Origin: Desulfobacterales bacterium
GTDB lineage: Bacteria; Desulfobacterota; Desulfobacteria; Desulfobacterales; SG8-13
DNA: 28,390 bases
Assembly: GCA_039768375.1 (NCBI GenBank)
Contig: JBDNAO010000517.1
Location: 1 to 28,390, forward strand
Direction: 5' to 3'
The translations under genes and the position numbers were made by a program. The notes beneath the pieces are model-generated. The model did no database searches. It was not told where the DNA came from and saw only the letters and a program-made list of their open reading frames with translations. Shown here piece after piece: positions 26,732 to 28,390 of the stretch. How positions within the stretch are numbered: the stretch's first letter is position 1; each line of letters starts with the position of its first letter.

Positions 26732-28390
26732 TCAGGGCAGTTCTTCGACGTGCCGCAACAGAGGCGCAACGATTTTTTCCGCCAACCCTTTGAATTGTTC
26801 ATCGATCGGATCACTGCCGCCGAAACACAACCGGACGTATGGATCTTCCGACACGCCTCTCTGGAAATCGGTGCCGACCCATTTTTTTCGGACCGTTTCG
26901 ATGGCGGCGTTCATCGGTTTACCGCCTTCAACCGTCAACTTCAGGAAGTGCAGCGACAAATCGGGAAAAAAGTGCAACGGCCGGCAGAGGCCTTCCTTAA
27001 AGGTCGCGAGAATTTCCTTCAGGATCGCATCCGGCCGGTCAACCGGTCGAATGCGGGCTATGCCGTCGGCGCCCACCAGGGTGGTTACAGGAGCCCGGCC
27101 GTTCAGCGTCGATCGGCACATGACGAGATGATAAATCCAGGCCGAAAGGTAATCCTTGGCTCTGCGCCGTGCAAAACGCGCCTGGATGCGTCCCTGAGGG
27201 TACAGCCCCTCGAGTGTGCCCGTCAGGCGAATACCGGACAGGGTCAAATCGACCGGAAGCGTCTCGGCATGTTTATCCTCGATGATCTCCAGCAGTTTCG
27301 CGGCAAAGGCCTCGGTCTGCTTTTCCAGGACGCCGTAGAACAGCCGGCCGATGTTTCCTTGCGGCAGTTCTCCCTTGGCCCGCTGGATCTGGAAATGGTC
27401 GGCCAAGTCATGACCCGAAAGCCGGGCCTCGATCAAATCCTGACGGATACGGTAACCATCCAGGGTGTCGAGACTGAAATTCTCCTTGTCCTGGGGCAGA
27501 AGATCTTTACCTTTGAGAAGGATGCCAAGCCGCTGCTCGACCAGAAAGCGGGCCGGCTGTGAGGTGAATTGACACAACTGCTCTAAGCGCAGTGTTTGCC
27601 AATCCGCCGGCGGGGGTGCCAGCGGAACTTTGAAAAATGGCTGCGGGCCTTCTGAAACGGCGCCCCCGGCAGCGGCCATAAAATTTTCGAGCGAATAGCT
27701 GAAGAGCGCCGGATCACTGTCGTCGAAGTAGCGTTGCGAGTAAGCCTGCAAAGGATGCCGGATCACCAGGTTCACCGCCGGAATGCCGTAGCTGTCTTCG
27801 ATCGTGTCGACTAGCTCGCTGACGATCACCGAGGGGGGGATCTCGCTGTTGTCCTGGACACTCTGCCCTACATAGCTGATATAAAATACCCGGGCGGCGG
27901 ATACCAGCGCTTCCAGAAAAAGGTACTTGTCGTCCCTGCGCCGCGACCTGTCACCGAGTCTCGGAAATCGGGCCATGAGATCAAAACCCAATGGGGTGTT
28001 CTCCCTTGGAAACGCCGCGGTATTCATGCCGATCAGACAAACGACCTCAAATGGAATGCTGCGCATGGGGAGCATTGCGCAGAAGGTCACACCACCGGAG
28101 ATAAATTCGGCGCCGGCGTGGGTGCGCTCGAGCGTATTTTCGAGATGGGTGCGCACAACCTCCAGTTCGAGCGGCACCGCAAAACCGGCCCGTTCTTCGA
28201 GGCAACCGAAATTTTCGAGGCTGCGGCGCAGTTGCTGCACTTCCTGAGCGGTATTCTCGTCGACGGCGATAAAACGCTCCAGCAACTCGATGAAGATATC
28301 CCGCCAATCTGCGGGTGACATGGACTGTTCGAGTCGCTCCGCCCACTCGAAAAGGTGTTGGAGAAACGTGATAAACTGACCCAGAACCAG
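26732..28390 (-). CDS. recC: Exodeoxyribonuclease V gamma subunit (3' part; 5' end off window)
   Basis: Frame is open to the window edge; GGVTFCAMLPMRSIPFEVVCLIGMN, DDKYLFLEALVSA, YISYVGQS, HPLQAYS. Confidence 0.93.
   Translation of the reverse strand: MVLGQFITFLQHLFEWAERLEQSMSPADWRDIFIELLERFIAVDENTAQEVQQLRRSLENFGCLEERAGFAVPLELEVVRTHLENTLERTHAGAEFISGGVTFCAMLPMRSIPFEVVCLIGMNTAAFPRENTPLGFDLMARFPRLGDRSRRRDDKYLFLEALVSAARVFYISYVGQSVQDNSEIPPSVIVSELVDTIEDSYGIPAVNLVIRHPLQAYSQRYFDDSDPALFSYSLENFMAAAGGAVSEGPQPFFKVPLAPPPADWQTLRLEQLCQFTSQPARFLVEQRLGILLKGKDLLPQDKENFSLDTLDGYRIRQDLIEARLSGHDLADHFQIQRAKGELPQGNIGRLFYGVLEKQTEAFAAKLLEIIEDKHAETLPVDLTLSGIRLTGTLEGLYPQGRIQARFARRRAKDYLSAWIYHLVMCRSTLNGRAPVTTLVGADGIARIRPVDRPDAILKEILATFKEGLCRPLHFFPDLSLHFLKLTVEGGKPMNAAIETVRKKWVGTDFQRGVSEDPYVRLCFGGSDPIDEQFKGLAEKIVAPLLRHVEELP

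Noticed and set aside
13271-28390. uvrBC plus recBCD as a horizontally acquired DNA-repair island
   Set aside because: All genes look intact and typical, with no integrase, tRNA anchor or visible compositional break; co-location alone is not evidence.

Overview
A mostly core-genome segment. Gene content, GC-rich coding style and the intergenic repeat families suggest a Desulfobacterales-type deltaproteobacterium, but this is inference. In order: (1) a minus-strand short-chain fatty-acid uptake/activation cluster: TetR regulator, acs, sodium:solute symporter (SSS), an unannotated 28-aa membrane microprotein, and a prpE-like gene running off the left edge; (2) two small membrane genes; (3) purC overlapping an orphan ParB-like gene; (4) a three-gene signalling operon of MglA-type GTPase, DUF4388/PATAN + 2x cNMP-binding protein and PilZ protein, with no MglB; (5) mdh, uvrC-uvrB and ispF; (6) a small Cys-rich gene with a strong promoter; (7) recD-recB and recC (partial, right edge), split by three opposite-strand genes, one an HDOD protein with a zinc ribbon. 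The intergenic spaces hold several palindromic MITE/REP-like elements, including one ~200-bp element present twice in inverted orientation. Best leads: the MglB-less MglA operon, a leader architecture shared by acs and the symporter, the 28-aa microprotein, and a structured ncRNA candidate upstream of ispF. No rRNA, tRNA, CRISPR array or transposase was recognised. All calls come from motif reading; no database search was run.
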